Below, in pieces: positions 63,656 to 64,000 of a stretch of 64,000 nt of DNA. The stretch comes from Puccinia triticina (Eukaryota), in NCBI GenBank assembly GCA_026914245.1, contig CP110439.1:1736001-1800000 (forward strand), given 5' to 3'. How positions within the stretch are numbered: position 1 is the stretch's first letter; the number at the start of each line of letters is the position of its first letter. The translations under genes and the position numbers were made by a program. The notes beneath the pieces are model-generated. The model made no database searches. It saw only the letters and a program-made list of their open reading frames with translations, and had not been told where the DNA came from.

Positions 63656-64000
63656 ATGGCCGACAACTCTTTGGACCCTCCGCGAGCGAGGATGGTCAAG
63701 ATCAAGCCTCAAAACAAGGCACTGAAGTTCTCGGGCTCGGAAGTCGAGCTGTTTCTGGATGACTACGAGCTAGCTGCGGAATTGGACGGCGCGTCGGATT
63801 ACGACAAGGCTCGTCAGATCGGCTCGTTTGTTGAGGATGGGGAAACCCGGACTATCCTGGCGACGCTCGATGGCTATAAGCCGCCCGATTGGTCGAAGCT
63901 CAAAGCTGCTATGCTGAGCTACTGGGTTGATGTCGACAAGGCTCTGTTCACCGAGAGGGACATCACCAGTTTGGTCAATACGTGGGTAGAAAAAGGGGGT
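63656..64000 (+). CDS. Retrotransposon Gag-like ORF (partial)
   Basis: MADNSLDPPRARMVKIKPQNKALKFSGSEVELFLDDYELAAELDGASDYDKARQI..WSKLKAAMLSYW, open to the window end. Confidence 0.75.
   Translation, partial: MADNSLDPPRARMVKIKPQNKALKFSGSEVELFLDDYELAAELDGASDYDKARQIGSFVEDGETRTILATLDGYKPPDWSKLKAAMLSYWVDVDKALFTERDITSLVNTWVEKGG

Larger units (their letters stand above)
62506..64000 (+). mobile_element. Ty3/Gypsy-type LTR retrotransposon (5' LTR 62506-63215, PBS, gag; runs off window)
   Basis: TGTGG...CTCCA LTR, TGG-starting PBS, downstream gag-like frame. Gypsy is assigned from gag and LTR style because pol is not visible. Confidence 0.85.

Overview
Eukaryotic, intron-rich fungal genomic DNA, most like a rust fungus (Pucciniales, probably Puccinia; inferred from gene content, intron style and transposon landscape). 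About 15 spliced genes: Mediator Med1-like (partial), mitochondrial bL35m, IME4/METTL3 m6A methyltransferase, DCAF7/WDR68-like WD40 protein, a four-finger C2H2 factor, PEX5, UreD, ER FKBP, UTP6, CWC23-like DnaJ, two candidate secreted proteins and three hypotheticals. Gene islands alternate with blocks of nested transposons whose ends and target-site duplications (TSDs) can be read directly: CAA-ended elements with 7-bp TSDs, GG-ended foldback elements with 8-bp TSDs, hairpin-ended elements with 9-bp TSDs, hAT elements and solo LTRs. The most unusual structure is at the right end. A Copia LTR carries an exact 66-bp duplication that, with its spacer, forms a GT-AG intron, suggesting an intron that survives retrotransposition. 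That element has a primer-binding site (PBS) matching the anticodon arm of tRNA-Lys(UUU). It is interrupted by a Gypsy element whose PBS is a 50-nt copy of mature, spliced tRNA-Tyr. All exon boundaries were read by eye and are approximate.
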